This document shows positions 29,780 to 37,588 of a stretch of DNA of 64,000 nucleotides, one piece after another. This DNA is from Elusimicrobiota bacterium. GTDB lineage: Bacteria; CAYTYR01; UBA6262. The notes under the pieces are model-generated. The model did no database searches, was not told where the DNA came from, and worked only from the letters and a program-made list of their open reading frames with translations. The stretch covers positions 67,912 to 131,911 of the forward strand of contig PMCA01000011.1 of assembly GCA_003153935.1 (NCBI GenBank), read 5' to 3'. Position numbers and translations under genes: made by a program. Each line of letters opens with the position of its first letter. Within the stretch, counting starts at the first letter, position 1.

Positions 29780-30226
29780 TCAAATGCCCCTGGCGACCAA
29801 GCTAACGTATTCCATGTTGCGCTGGGCGCCGCGTTCTTCCCACACCACTTTTACCGATACCTGCTTCAATCCCTGATCTATAGCCGAAGCGGTTAATACT
29901 CCGCCCACCGTCTGCATATAAGTGACTTTAACTTGCCGGTTAAACATCAAGGACCCCTTCTGGGTTAATCCCTTGGTAACATCAACCGCCCAGACATCGG
30001 AGGTCCAGACCCCTTCCGGCAAAGAGTCATAATCCCGGTTCTTCAAGTCCTCCATTTTCGCCCTGGCAAAGTTACTGGCCAGGGTTTCAAATTCACTGGC
30101 TTTGGCCGACATGGTAACTGAGCCGAACAATTTCGCTACTACGATCATAGAGTAGCCAAGAAGCAGGATACCCAAGCAAATTTCTATCAGGGTGAAACCA
30201 CGTTTATTTTTGAAGCATTTTAACAT
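29780..30226 (-). CDS. Minor pilin (PilV-like)
   Basis: KRG|FTLIEICL; ARAKMEDLK; LKQVSVKVVW. Confidence 0.8.
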   Translation of the reverse strand: MLKCFKNKRGFTLIEICLGILLLGYSMIVVAKLFGSVTMSAKASEFETLASNFARAKMEDLKNRDYDSLPEGVWTSDVWAVDVTKGLTQKGSLMFNRQVKVTYMQTVGGVLTASAIDQGLKQVSVKVVWEERGAQRNMEYVSLVARGI

Positions 30227-30370
30227 ATATCCTCCTGCCGATCAACTACTCCCCTAATATAAATATACCACTAAATCTCGTCTATATCAATGTATCATTT
30301 ACGGGGTATTGTACTCCAAGTAGAGGCTAAAAAGCAAGGATAATTGATAAATAAAATGGACAAAAAAATA

Positions 30371-30457
30371 CGGAGAGACAGGGATTCGAACCCTGGGTGA
30401 GGTCACCCCCACATACGCTTTCCAGGCGTACGCCTTCAACCACTCGGCCATCTCTCC
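30371..30457 (-). tRNA. tRNA-Ser(GGA)
   Basis: GGAGAGATGGCCGAGTGG...TACGC CT GGA AA GCGTA, long variable arm, GTTCGAATCC; CCA not encoded. Confidence 0.96.
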
Positions 30458-30482
30458 ATTTAGGATATTGGTATTATATTAT

Positions 30483-30572
30483 TGGCGGAGGCGGAAGGAT
30501 TTGAACCTTCGGTCCGGTTACCCGGACTCCGGTTTTCGAGACCGGTGCACTCAACCACTATGCGACGCCTCC
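30483..30572 (-). tRNA. tRNA-Ser(CGA)
   Basis: GGAGGCGTCGCATAGTGG...CCGGT CT CGA AA ACCGG, variable arm, GTTCAAATCC...GCCA. Confidence 0.95.
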
Positions 30573-30583
30573 AAAGTTATTAT

Positions 30584-30667
30584 CCAGTTTTCCCTCCCTT
30601 GAAGTCTTCGACTTCATACAGGGAGGACAGGCGAGACTGGCGCCTTCAACCACTCGGCCACCCTTCC
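30584..30667 (-). pseudogene. tRNA-Ser(CGA) 5-prime half interrupted in the anticodon
   Basis: GGAAGGGTGGCCGAGTGGTTGAAGGCG CCAGT CTCG [40 bp] AAA ACTGG; variable arm, T arm and 3-prime acceptor absent. Confidence 0.85.
30592..30631 (-). mobile_element. 40-bp hairpin insertion element, copy A
   Basis: CCTGT CCTCCCT GTA TGAAGTC GAA GACTTCA AGGGAGG G; removal restores a perfect anticodon arm. Confidence 0.75.
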
Positions 30668-30673
30668 AACTCT

Positions 30674-30736
30674 ACTCCGGTTTTCCCCCCGTTGAAGTCT
30701 GTCGACTTCAATACACGGGGGACAGGCGAGACCGGT
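30674..30736 (-). pseudogene. tRNA-Ser(CGA) anticodon-arm remnant interrupted in the anticodon
   Basis: ACCGGTCTCG [42 bp] AAAACCGGAGT; flanks identical to the intact tRNA-Ser(CGA) arm. Confidence 0.8.
30685..30726 (-). mobile_element. 42-bp hairpin insertion element, copy B
   Basis: CCTGT CCCCCG TGTA TTGAAGTC GACA GACTTCAA CGGGGG G. Confidence 0.75.
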
Positions 30737-30738
30737 AA

Positions 30739-31194
30739 CTATTTTCGTTTTTCTTTAAAAAACTCTTTTATTAACTCTCTGCATTCTTTTTCTAAAATAC
30801 CAGCATGAACCTTAATGCGATGGTTTAATTTTTTATTACCGGTCACATTTAATACACTGCCGCAAGCCCCGGCTTTCGGGTCTTTGGCTCCAAAATGCAG
30901 TTCCCTGACCCTGGCGTTTACCAATGCTCCTGCGCACATGGCGCAGGGCTCGATGGTTACATAAAGGATGACCTCGGGGAGACGGTAATTGCCGATCTTT
31001 TTGGCCGCTCTACGCAAGGTAACTATTTCCGCATGGGCAGCGGGGTCCGTTGTCATGATCGGGCAGTTATGCCCACGGGCGATTATTTTCCCGTCGAGAA
31101 CTGCCACTGCCCCAATTGGGACCTCATTTTTTCGCTTCGCTTTGCGGGCTTCTTTAAGCGCTGCTTGCATGAAATATTCATTTGTTCTTATCAT
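30739..31194 (-). CDS. tadA: tRNA adenosine(34) deaminase TadA
   Basis: EVPIGAV, AHAE, LYVTIEPCAMCAGA, DPKAGACGS; start moved to ATG 31194 because the ORF-track extension overlaps the tRNA. Confidence 0.95.
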   Translation of the reverse strand: MIRTNEYFMQAALKEARKAKRKNEVPIGAVAVLDGKIIARGHNCPIMTTDPAAHAEIVTLRRAAKKIGNYRLPEVILYVTIEPCAMCAGALVNARVRELHFGAKDPKAGACGSVLNVTGNKKLNHRIKVHAGILEKECRELIKEFFKEKRK

Positions 31195-31207
31195 CGAATA
31201 AAAAAAG

Positions 31208-31281
31208 CGCGCCCTACAGGATTCGAACCTGTGGCCTACTGATTCGTAGTCAGTCGCTCTATCCAACTGAGCTAAGGGCGC
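31208..31281 (-). tRNA. tRNA-Arg(ACG)
   Basis: GCGCCCTTAGCTCAGTTGGATAGAGCG ACTGA CT ACG AA TCAGT AGGCC ACAGG TTCGAAT CCTGT AGGGCGCG. Confidence 0.96.
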
Positions 31282-31345
31282 ATGGAAAGTCCCCTATGGG
31301 ACTAGTACATTATATATTGTTTCGTGGCAGGTTTCAAGGAGAATT

Positions 31346-32020
31346 TCACGGTTTATAGGCAGGATTAAACAAGACTACGATCTCTCCTTTTAGCGGCCTG
31401 ACAGTGATTTTATCGATCAGCTCTGTCAGGGTTCCACGTAGAACTTCCTCGAATTGCTTGGTTATTTCCCTGGCTATCACTACGTAAATATCTCCCAGGG
31501 TCTCGCGCATGATCTTCAAGGTTGCCAGGATCCGGTAAGGCGATTCATAGAAAACCACGGTTCTTTCCAACTGCCCCAGGCCGGCCAGGGTTCTGGCCAA
31601 TTTGCCCTTTTTACGCGGCAAGAATCCCTCAAAGACAAAACTGTCGGTCGGCAAGCCCGACAAAACCAGCGCGCTTATAACAGCGGAGGGACCAGGGATC
31701 ACCGTAATCTGTATATTCCGTTTGACCGCTTCCTTTATGATCAGGAACCCCGGGTCGGATATCCCTGGGGTGCCGCTATCTGAAACCAGGGCGATCTCCT
31801 TACCCAGCTCCAATTCCTCAAGAAGGTAATCCAGTTTTTTTACCTTATTATATTCGTAGAAACTGGTGGTCGGAGTGTGAATGTCAAAATGCGCCAGCAG
31901 TTTCCTGGTGTACCGGGTATCTTCACAAGCGATCAGAGATACTTGTTTCAGCGTCTCTATCGCCCTAAAAGTAATATCCCCCAGGTTGCCAATGGGGGTC
32001 GCTACGATAAATAATGCCAT
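31346..32020 (-). CDS. rsmI: 16S rRNA C1402 2-prime-O-methyltransferase RsmI
   Basis: LFIVATPIGNLGDIT, ACEDTR, VSDSGTPGISDPG, FYESPYR, REITK. Confidence 0.95.
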   Translation of the reverse strand: MALFIVATPIGNLGDITFRAIETLKQVSLIACEDTRYTRKLLAHFDIHTPTTSFYEYNKVKKLDYLLEELELGKEIALVSDSGTPGISDPGFLIIKEAVKRNIQITVIPGPSAVISALVLSGLPTDSFVFEGFLPRKKGKLARTLAGLGQLERTVVFYESPYRILATLKIMRETLGDIYVVIAREITKQFEEVLRGTLTELIDKITVRPLKGEIVVLFNPAYKP

Positions 32021-32032
32021 CTATGGTCCTGT

Positions 32033-32179
32033 CTACTTTTTTTCTCTCAAGGTAGGGCAGAATATATAATCCTTGCTTTCGCAATATTTAATCTTATATT
32101 GGTCGTCAACTACCAGCGGGCGATCGGGATAAGCGACGCAACAATCAGTGTCGGTTTTTTTCAAGAAAGGGCAAGCCAT
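32033..32179 (-). CDS. Small Cys-rich protein (48 aa), not in ORF track
   Basis: MACPFLKKTDTDCCVAYPDRPLVVDDQYKIKYCESKDYIFCPTLREKK; SD GGGGGTGG; fills the gap between HD-GYP gene and rsmI. Confidence 0.7.
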   Translation of the reverse strand: MACPFLKKTDTDCCVAYPDRPLVVDDQYKIKYCESKDYIFCPTLREKK

Positions 32180-32195
32180 AAAACCACCCCCGGTA

Positions 32196-33428
32196 CTATG
32201 TCATCTTAGCTTTTTTATCGCGAATTATTTTCAAAAATATCGTTACCAGGTCAGGATCGAACTGGGTCCCGGAACACCGTTTCAATTCTTTAAGCGCCGT
32301 CTCTTCAGGTAATCCTTTCCGGTAAGGCCGATCGCTGACCATCGCGTCGTAGGAATCAGCTACGGTGATCATCCTGGCCACTAAAGGTATGTCTTCTCCC
32401 GTGATCTTATCCGGATAGCCGCCACCGTTATAATGCTGGTGATGGTAATAAATCAACGGAGCCAGGGCGCTCAGGAATTCTATCGGCTTTACCATGTCGC
32501 TGCCGGTAACCGGATGTTTCTTGATCTCGGTAAATTCATCGTCAGTTAGGCGTCCGGGCTTTAACAGGATCTCTTCCCTGATACCGATCTTTCCTATATC
32601 ATGGATAACCGCTGCGGCTTCGGCTACTTTCTTCATTTCCGGGTCAAGCCGCATTTCCTCCGCCATACTTATCACATATTCGGTAACCCGTTGCGAATGT
32701 CCATAGGTGTAGTGATCCTTGGCATCTACGGCCATAGACAAGGTTTTAATTACACCCAGGTAGACTTGCTGTAAATTTTTGTACAGGTTCAGGTTTTCCA
32801 GGACGATCGCGGTCTGGTCGGCCAAAGTAGCCAACACCCTTAAATCTTCAGGGGCGAACTGACCTTCGCCAATTTTATCATTAACATTTATAATGCCGAT
32901 AACTTTGTTTTGGATCTTCAACGGCACGCTGATAAAGGAGCCTTGGTTAAAGGGGGTGACCTCTCCCAAGGCGAGTTTTATAAACTCTCCCGAAGATAAG
33001 TGGTCTCCTTTTTGCCCGCTTTCGTTGAAAATCCTCTGGCTTATAGGTAAATTCGCCCCATTTGTATCTACGCCATCAAACCCGAGAACCGCTCGCAGCT
33101 CCAGGTGATTGGTTTTATTGTCAAATAAGAATAAAGATCCTCGTTTGGCCCCTAATATCTTAATGGCGTTAGCCAGGGCTAACTTAGCGATCTCGCCCAA
33201 CTCCAAAGTGGTCGGAGTGATATTCAGTTGATGGAAAGAGCTCATCAGCCCCAGCAAACCGTTAAGTTCATCGGAATAATTCCGCAGTTTGCCCTGGGCG
33301 TCCTTTAATTGGGATAGTATCTGGTCAGTTTCTTCCGAGGCTTCTTTTTTCCATAAGGAATTAAAGATAATGAAAGAAGCTATTACTACCCCGATCACGA
33401 TAATGAAATTATAAATAACAGAGGACAT
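32196..33428 (-). CDS. Membrane-anchored GAF + HD-GYP c-di-GMP phosphodiesterase
   Basis: KDHYTYGHSQRV, IHDIGKIG, HHQHYNGGGYP, VADSYDAMVSDRPYR. Confidence 0.9.
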   Translation of the reverse strand: MSSVIYNFIIVIGVVIASFIIFNSLWKKEASEETDQILSQLKDAQGKLRNYSDELNGLLGLMSSFHQLNITPTTLELGEIAKLALANAIKILGAKRGSLFLFDNKTNHLELRAVLGFDGVDTNGANLPISQRIFNESGQKGDHLSSGEFIKLALGEVTPFNQGSFISVPLKIQNKVIGIINVNDKIGEGQFAPEDLRVLATLADQTAIVLENLNLYKNLQQVYLGVIKTLSMAVDAKDHYTYGHSQRVTEYVISMAEEMRLDPEMKKVAEAAAVIHDIGKIGIREEILLKPGRLTDDEFTEIKKHPVTGSDMVKPIEFLSALAPLIYYHHQHYNGGGYPDKITGEDIPLVARMITVADSYDAMVSDRPYRKGLPEETALKELKRCSGTQFDPDLVTIFLKIIRDKKAKMT

Positions 33429-33633
33429 AGGGTAGAACCTCTTTCTTGAGGCATATTGACTTTCAACATTACCCCAATATAAAAGTAACTCTACTTTACA
33501 TCCCTGTCAATGGGTTTATGTACCACAACCGCGCCCTTTTAGTCAACCCAAAATTACGTCATTCTCCTTGACAAACAGCCACTTTTATGTTAAAAGTTCA
33601 TTTCACTGAAAATCCTGAATAGCGAGGGATCCC

Positions 33634-34119
33634 ATGGTACAAAAAACACTGGTTTTGATCAAACCGGATGGATTGCAAAAATCACTTACCGGTAATATTC
33701 TTACCAAATTATCCGAGGCCAAGCTGGATATAGTGGGAGCCAAGGTAGTTCGTGTTTCTAAAGAACTGGCGGAACAACATTATCAACACCTTAAGGATAA
33801 GCCCTTTTTTACTGAATTAGTAAGATATATACAGGGGAAATTGCATGGCCCGCACTATGAGCGGGTCCTGGCCCTGGTATACGAAGGCGAGGATGCCATT
33901 AACCGGGTGAGAAAGATAGCGGGGGCCACTAATCCTGAAGAGGCCGATCCTACCACCATCCGTGGCGCTTATGGCCGTATCACTACCAAAGGCGTTTATG
34001 AGAACGTTATACACTCTTCCAGCGACCCTAAAGACGCTGAGAGGGAGATCGCCTTATGGTTCAAGCCTGAAGAAATTGTCGTCTCATCGGCCGAACCGAA
34101 GAAAGAGGACCAGGCATAA
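33634..34119 (+). CDS. ndk: Nucleoside diphosphate kinase
   Basis: TLVLIKPDG, GATNPEEA, TIRG, NVIHSSS, AEREIALWF. Confidence 0.93.
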   Translation: MVQKTLVLIKPDGLQKSLTGNILTKLSEAKLDIVGAKVVRVSKELAEQHYQHLKDKPFFTELVRYIQGKLHGPHYERVLALVYEGEDAINRVRKIAGATNPEEADPTTIRGAYGRITTKGVYENVIHSSSDPKDAEREIALWFKPEEIVVSSAEPKKEDQA

Positions 34120-35312
34120 TGGTATTAGCTAAACGGGCCACCTTAATAAGCCCCTCCTTGACCCTGGGCATAACCGCTAAAGTTAACCAGCTTTGCTCCC
34201 AGGGCATTGATGTGATAGGGTTTGGAGCCGGCGAACCTGATTTTGACACTCCCGTTTATATAAAGGAGGAGGCGATCAGGGCCCTTAATTCCGGTTTTAC
34301 TAAATATACCGCTACTTCGGGTATCAAGGAGCTTAAAGAAGCTATCATCGCCAAATTCCAACGGGATAATCGGTTGGTTTATACTCCCGAAGAGATCATT
34401 GTTTCCTGCGGCGCTAAGCATTCTTTATATAACGCTATACAGGTGCTGTGCGAGAAGGGTGATGAGGCCATTTTGGCCTCACCGTACTGGAACAGCTATC
34501 TGGAAATGATCAAGCTCAGCGGCGCTAAGCCGGTTATCATTAAGACCAAAGAAAAAGATGGCTTTAAGATACTACCGGAAGCGCTGCAGCAGAAAATTTC
34601 TCCTAAGACCAAACTGTTGATCCTGAACAGCCCATCCAACCCCACCGGCACGGTTTATACCCCGGTGGAGATCAAGGCCCTGGGCCGGATCATCGCCGAT
34701 AATAATATAATGACGATCTCCGACGAAATCTACGAAAAGCTGATCTACAGCGATGTCGTGCCGGTCAGCCTGGCTTCCTTAAGCGACAAATTAAAATCCT
34801 TGACCTTGGTGATTAATGGGGTCAGTAAAACTTATGCTATGACCGGCTGGCGGATCGGCTACGCAGCCGGGAGCAAAGAGATCATAAAAGCCATGACGAA
34901 CCTGCAGGACCATTCTACTTCCAACCCGGTTTCTTTCGTGCAAAAGGCGGCGGTCGTCGCCCTGAACGGGCCGCAGAACGAGCTGGAAACAATGCGCCAG
35001 GAGTTCAAGAAAAGACGGGATTATATGGTAGCCAGGGTAAATTCCTTAAAAGGATTATCCTGCCTTAACCCCGATGGCGCTTTTTACGTGTTTGCCAACG
35101 TAAAAAAGCTTTTTAATAAGAATATCAAAGGCCTTGAGGTAAAAGATTCCTTGTCTTTAGCGGAATGCTGGTTGAACGAGGCTCGGGTAGCAGTGGTCCC
35201 GGGGGCCGCATTCGGTGCAGATAATTATGTAAGATTTTCCTACGCCACCAGTTTTGAGAAAATCAAGACCGGGCTGGACAGGATTGAAACACTGATCAAT
35301 AAATACTATTAA
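34119..35312 (+). CDS. PLP-dependent class I aminotransferase (aspartate aminotransferase-like)
   Basis: GAGEPDFDTP, NSPSNPTG, SDEIY, SKTYAMTGWRIGY. Confidence 0.92.
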   Translation: MVLAKRATLISPSLTLGITAKVNQLCSQGIDVIGFGAGEPDFDTPVYIKEEAIRALNSGFTKYTATSGIKELKEAIIAKFQRDNRLVYTPEEIIVSCGAKHSLYNAIQVLCEKGDEAILASPYWNSYLEMIKLSGAKPVIIKTKEKDGFKILPEALQQKISPKTKLLILNSPSNPTGTVYTPVEIKALGRIIADNNIMTISDEIYEKLIYSDVVPVSLASLSDKLKSLTLVINGVSKTYAMTGWRIGYAAGSKEIIKAMTNLQDHSTSNPVSFVQKAAVVALNGPQNELETMRQEFKKRRDYMVARVNSLKGLSCLNPDGAFYVFANVKKLFNKNIKGLEVKDSLSLAECWLNEARVAVVPGAAFGADNYVRFSYATSFEKIKTGLDRIETLINKYY

Positions 35313-35325
35313 GGAAGAGGAGCCT

Positions 35326-36570
35326 ATGCGGCAAAAACAAAATAAGATTTATATTATCGATGTGACCAATCGTGACGGCGTGCAGACGGCGCGCCTGGGA
35401 TTGGCCAAGTTACAGAAAACCATATTGAATATCTACCTTAACGAGATGGGCGTATTCCAGTCCGAATTTGGCTTCCCGGTAACGCGCCATGAAACTAATT
35501 ACCTGAACGCCAACCTGGACCTGGCAGCCAAGGGGTACCTGGCGCCGATCCGCCTGAGCGGCTGGATCAGGGCGACGGTAGAAGACGTAGAGAACGCTTT
35601 CTCCAAAGTTCATAAGACAAAATACCTGAATCTGTCCATTTCTACCAGCGACCAAATGATCGTCAATAAATTTAAGGGTAAACTCGATCATAAGGGTATA
35701 TTGAAGGAAATGACCGCGGCCGTGAAGCGCGCCCGTAAACTTGGGGCGGAGGGAATCGGCGTTAATGCTGAGGACGCGTCACGCACCAGGATGGATTATT
35801 TATTGGAATTCGCCTATGCCGCCAAGCTGGCCGGCGCTGATCGACTGCGTTACTGCGATACATTGGGGTATGATGACCCCTTTTCTATATATGAGCGCAT
35901 TAAGAAACTAGCCCTGGCCACAAAAATGCCGATTGAATTACATTGTCACAACGATCTGGGTATGGTGGTAGGAACTTCCGTTGCCGGAGCTAAGGCGGCC
36001 ATTGACGCCGGGGTTGACGCTTATATTAATACCACGGTAAATGGCATGGGCGAACGGGCAGGTAATGCCGACCTGGTTTCTGTCCTATTGGCGATCAAAT
36101 ATGCCAGCAGTTTCAGCGAAAAATACCGCTTGAGTGACGGTATCAATCTTTCCAAGGCCTGGAAGATAGCTAAATACGCTTCTTACGCTTTTGGCGTTCC
36201 TATACCGATCAACCAACCTGGCGTAGGAGCCAATGCGTTCGCTCATGAATCAGGCATACACGCGGACGGCGCCTTGAAGGACCGCCGCAATTATGAATTG
36301 TACGACTATGAGGTTTTGGGTCGCGGCGAACCGGAGATAATAGAGACCGGACGCCAGATAGTCGCCGGGGAATATAGCGGTATTAAAGGCTTCCGTAACG
36401 TCTACGGCAAATTGGAAGTAGAATTCAAGGATGATAAGGAAGCGACCAAGATATTGGAGATGGTCCGCTATGCAAATGTCCATACGCAGAAACCATTAAC
36501 CAATGATGAACTTATATTCATAGCCAAATATCCGGAGCAAGCCAGGCAAATAATTACCGTAACACCTTAG
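35326..36570 (+). CDS. Homocitrate synthase family DRE-TIM metallolyase (candidate Re-citrate synthase)
   Basis: DVTNRDGVQ, YCDTLG, HCHNDLG, GMGERAGNA, FAHESGIHADG. Confidence 0.8.
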   Translation: MRQKQNKIYIIDVTNRDGVQTARLGLAKLQKTILNIYLNEMGVFQSEFGFPVTRHETNYLNANLDLAAKGYLAPIRLSGWIRATVEDVENAFSKVHKTKYLNLSISTSDQMIVNKFKGKLDHKGILKEMTAAVKRARKLGAEGIGVNAEDASRTRMDYLLEFAYAAKLAGADRLRYCDTLGYDDPFSIYERIKKLALATKMPIELHCHNDLGMVVGTSVAGAKAAIDAGVDAYINTTVNGMGERAGNADLVSVLLAIKYASSFSEKYRLSDGINLSKAWKIAKYASYAFGVPIPINQPGVGANAFAHESGIHADGALKDRRNYELYDYEVLGRGEPEIIETGRQIVAGEYSGIKGFRNVYGKLEVEFKDDKEATKILEMVRYANVHTQKPLTNDELIFIAKYPEQARQIITVTP

Positions 36571-36572
36571 CG

Positions 36573-36706
36573 AGTTGATAGTTGATTGTTGATAGTTAAT
36601 AGAATAAGCAAAAAAATAAAGCGCTAGTCTTTTCGATTAGCGCTTCGTTTTTTCTATCAACTACGAGTCCCGATCAGATCGGGACGGACTATCAACTATG
36701 AACTGT
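36573..36706. repeat. AGTTGAT heptamer inverted arms around terminator, with embedded GTCCCGATCAGATCGGGAC palindrome
   Basis: Left AGTTGAT AGTTGAT TGTTGAT AGTTAAT; right CTATCAA-type units ending AACTGT; palindrome at 36667-36685. Confidence 0.75.
36610..36653. terminator. Bidirectional terminator between convergent genes
   Basis: A-tract, AAGCGCTAGTC/GATTAGCGCTT stem, T-tract. Confidence 0.75.
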
Positions 36707-36708
36707 TT

Positions 36709-37560
36709 TTATCTAACGCCCTTCATTACGTTCATTATTCTTTGCAGATCGTCATCGGAATAGAATTTCACTTCAATCTTGCCTTTTCCCCGACGGTATT
36801 TAATATTGACATGGGCGCCCAAAATGCGCTGCAATTCTTCCTCCGCCTCCAGCACATGGACATTTTTGTGCTTGGTGGTGGTAATATCTATTTTCCTGAG
36901 TTTTTTTACCACTTCCTCGGTGTCCCGCACGCTCAGTTTTTCACCGAATATTCTTTTGGCCATTGATTCCTGGTCCTCAAAGCTTTCCAGCCCCATAATC
37001 GCTTTGGCATGTCCTGCTGAAAGATTCCCGTTCAGGATCTGGCTTTTAACTTCGCTGGGCAACTTAAGTAAACGCAACATATTGGCAACCGATGAACGAT
37101 CTTTGCCTATCCTCTTGGACAGGTCTTCCTGGCTCAGATTGAAATTATCCATTAACTGCTTATAGGCTTCGGCTTCCTCTAAAGGATTCAGGTCTTCGCG
37201 CTGGATGTTTTCCACTAATGATAATTCGAACATTTCCGCGTCGTTGACGTCTTTAATTATGGCTGGCACATCTGACAACCCGGCCGCCTTGGCCGCCCGC
37301 CATCTGCGTTCCCCGGCGATCAGTTCGTATCCGCCTTCACACTTCCGCAGCAGTAAGGGATGGACCAGGCCGCTGGTCTTTATGGAATTGGCCAGTTCGG
37401 TAATTTTCTCTTCATTAAAATAATGCCTGGCCTGATATTTGTTAGGTATGATATTGTCCAGCCTGACATGGCTGATACTATCATTAATAATTACATCGCC
37501 ATCGCTTAGCGTTACTCCCGGTATTAGCGCTTCCAATCCCTTACCCAGAGCTTTATGCAT
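36709..37560 (-). CDS. parB: Chromosome partition protein ParB
   Basis: ALGKGLEALI, LIAGERRWRAA, LVENIQREDLNPLEEA, HTH. Confidence 0.96.
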   Translation of the reverse strand: MHKALGKGLEALIPGVTLSDGDVIINDSISHVRLDNIIPNKYQARHYFNEEKITELANSIKTSGLVHPLLLRKCEGGYELIAGERRWRAAKAAGLSDVPAIIKDVNDAEMFELSLVENIQREDLNPLEEAEAYKQLMDNFNLSQEDLSKRIGKDRSSVANMLRLLKLPSEVKSQILNGNLSAGHAKAIMGLESFEDQESMAKRIFGEKLSVRDTEEVVKKLRKIDITTTKHKNVHVLEAEEELQRILGAHVNIKYRRGKGKIEVKFYSDDDLQRIMNVMKGVR

Positions 37561-37588
37561 CTTTGCCTCCTCAATTTATTTTCCTGAA

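Noticed and set aside
26358..30370. Integrative element or prophage at tRNA-Ser(GGA)
   Set aside because: No integrase and no duplicated tRNA 3-prime end seen at the far boundary
30592..30726. Inserts as group I/II or archaeal-type tRNA introns, or as a CRISPR array
   Set aside because: About 40 bp is far too short for self-splicing introns, no bulge-helix-bulge is evident and host tRNAs lack 3-prime halves; only two divergent copies with tRNA-derived spacing and no cas genes
30482..30808. 108-aa plus-strand ORF with internal repeat PVFPPLKS
   Set aside because: Antisense to tRNA-Ser(CGA) and the two hairpin-interrupted remnants; the peptide repeat just reflects the DNA elements
31195..31266. 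N-terminal extension of TadA in ORF track
   Set aside because: Overlaps tRNA-Arg(ACG); the same artefact affects the 58328 ORF (tRNA-Ala), dnaA 46045 (DnaA boxes) and the 39546 ORF (parS)
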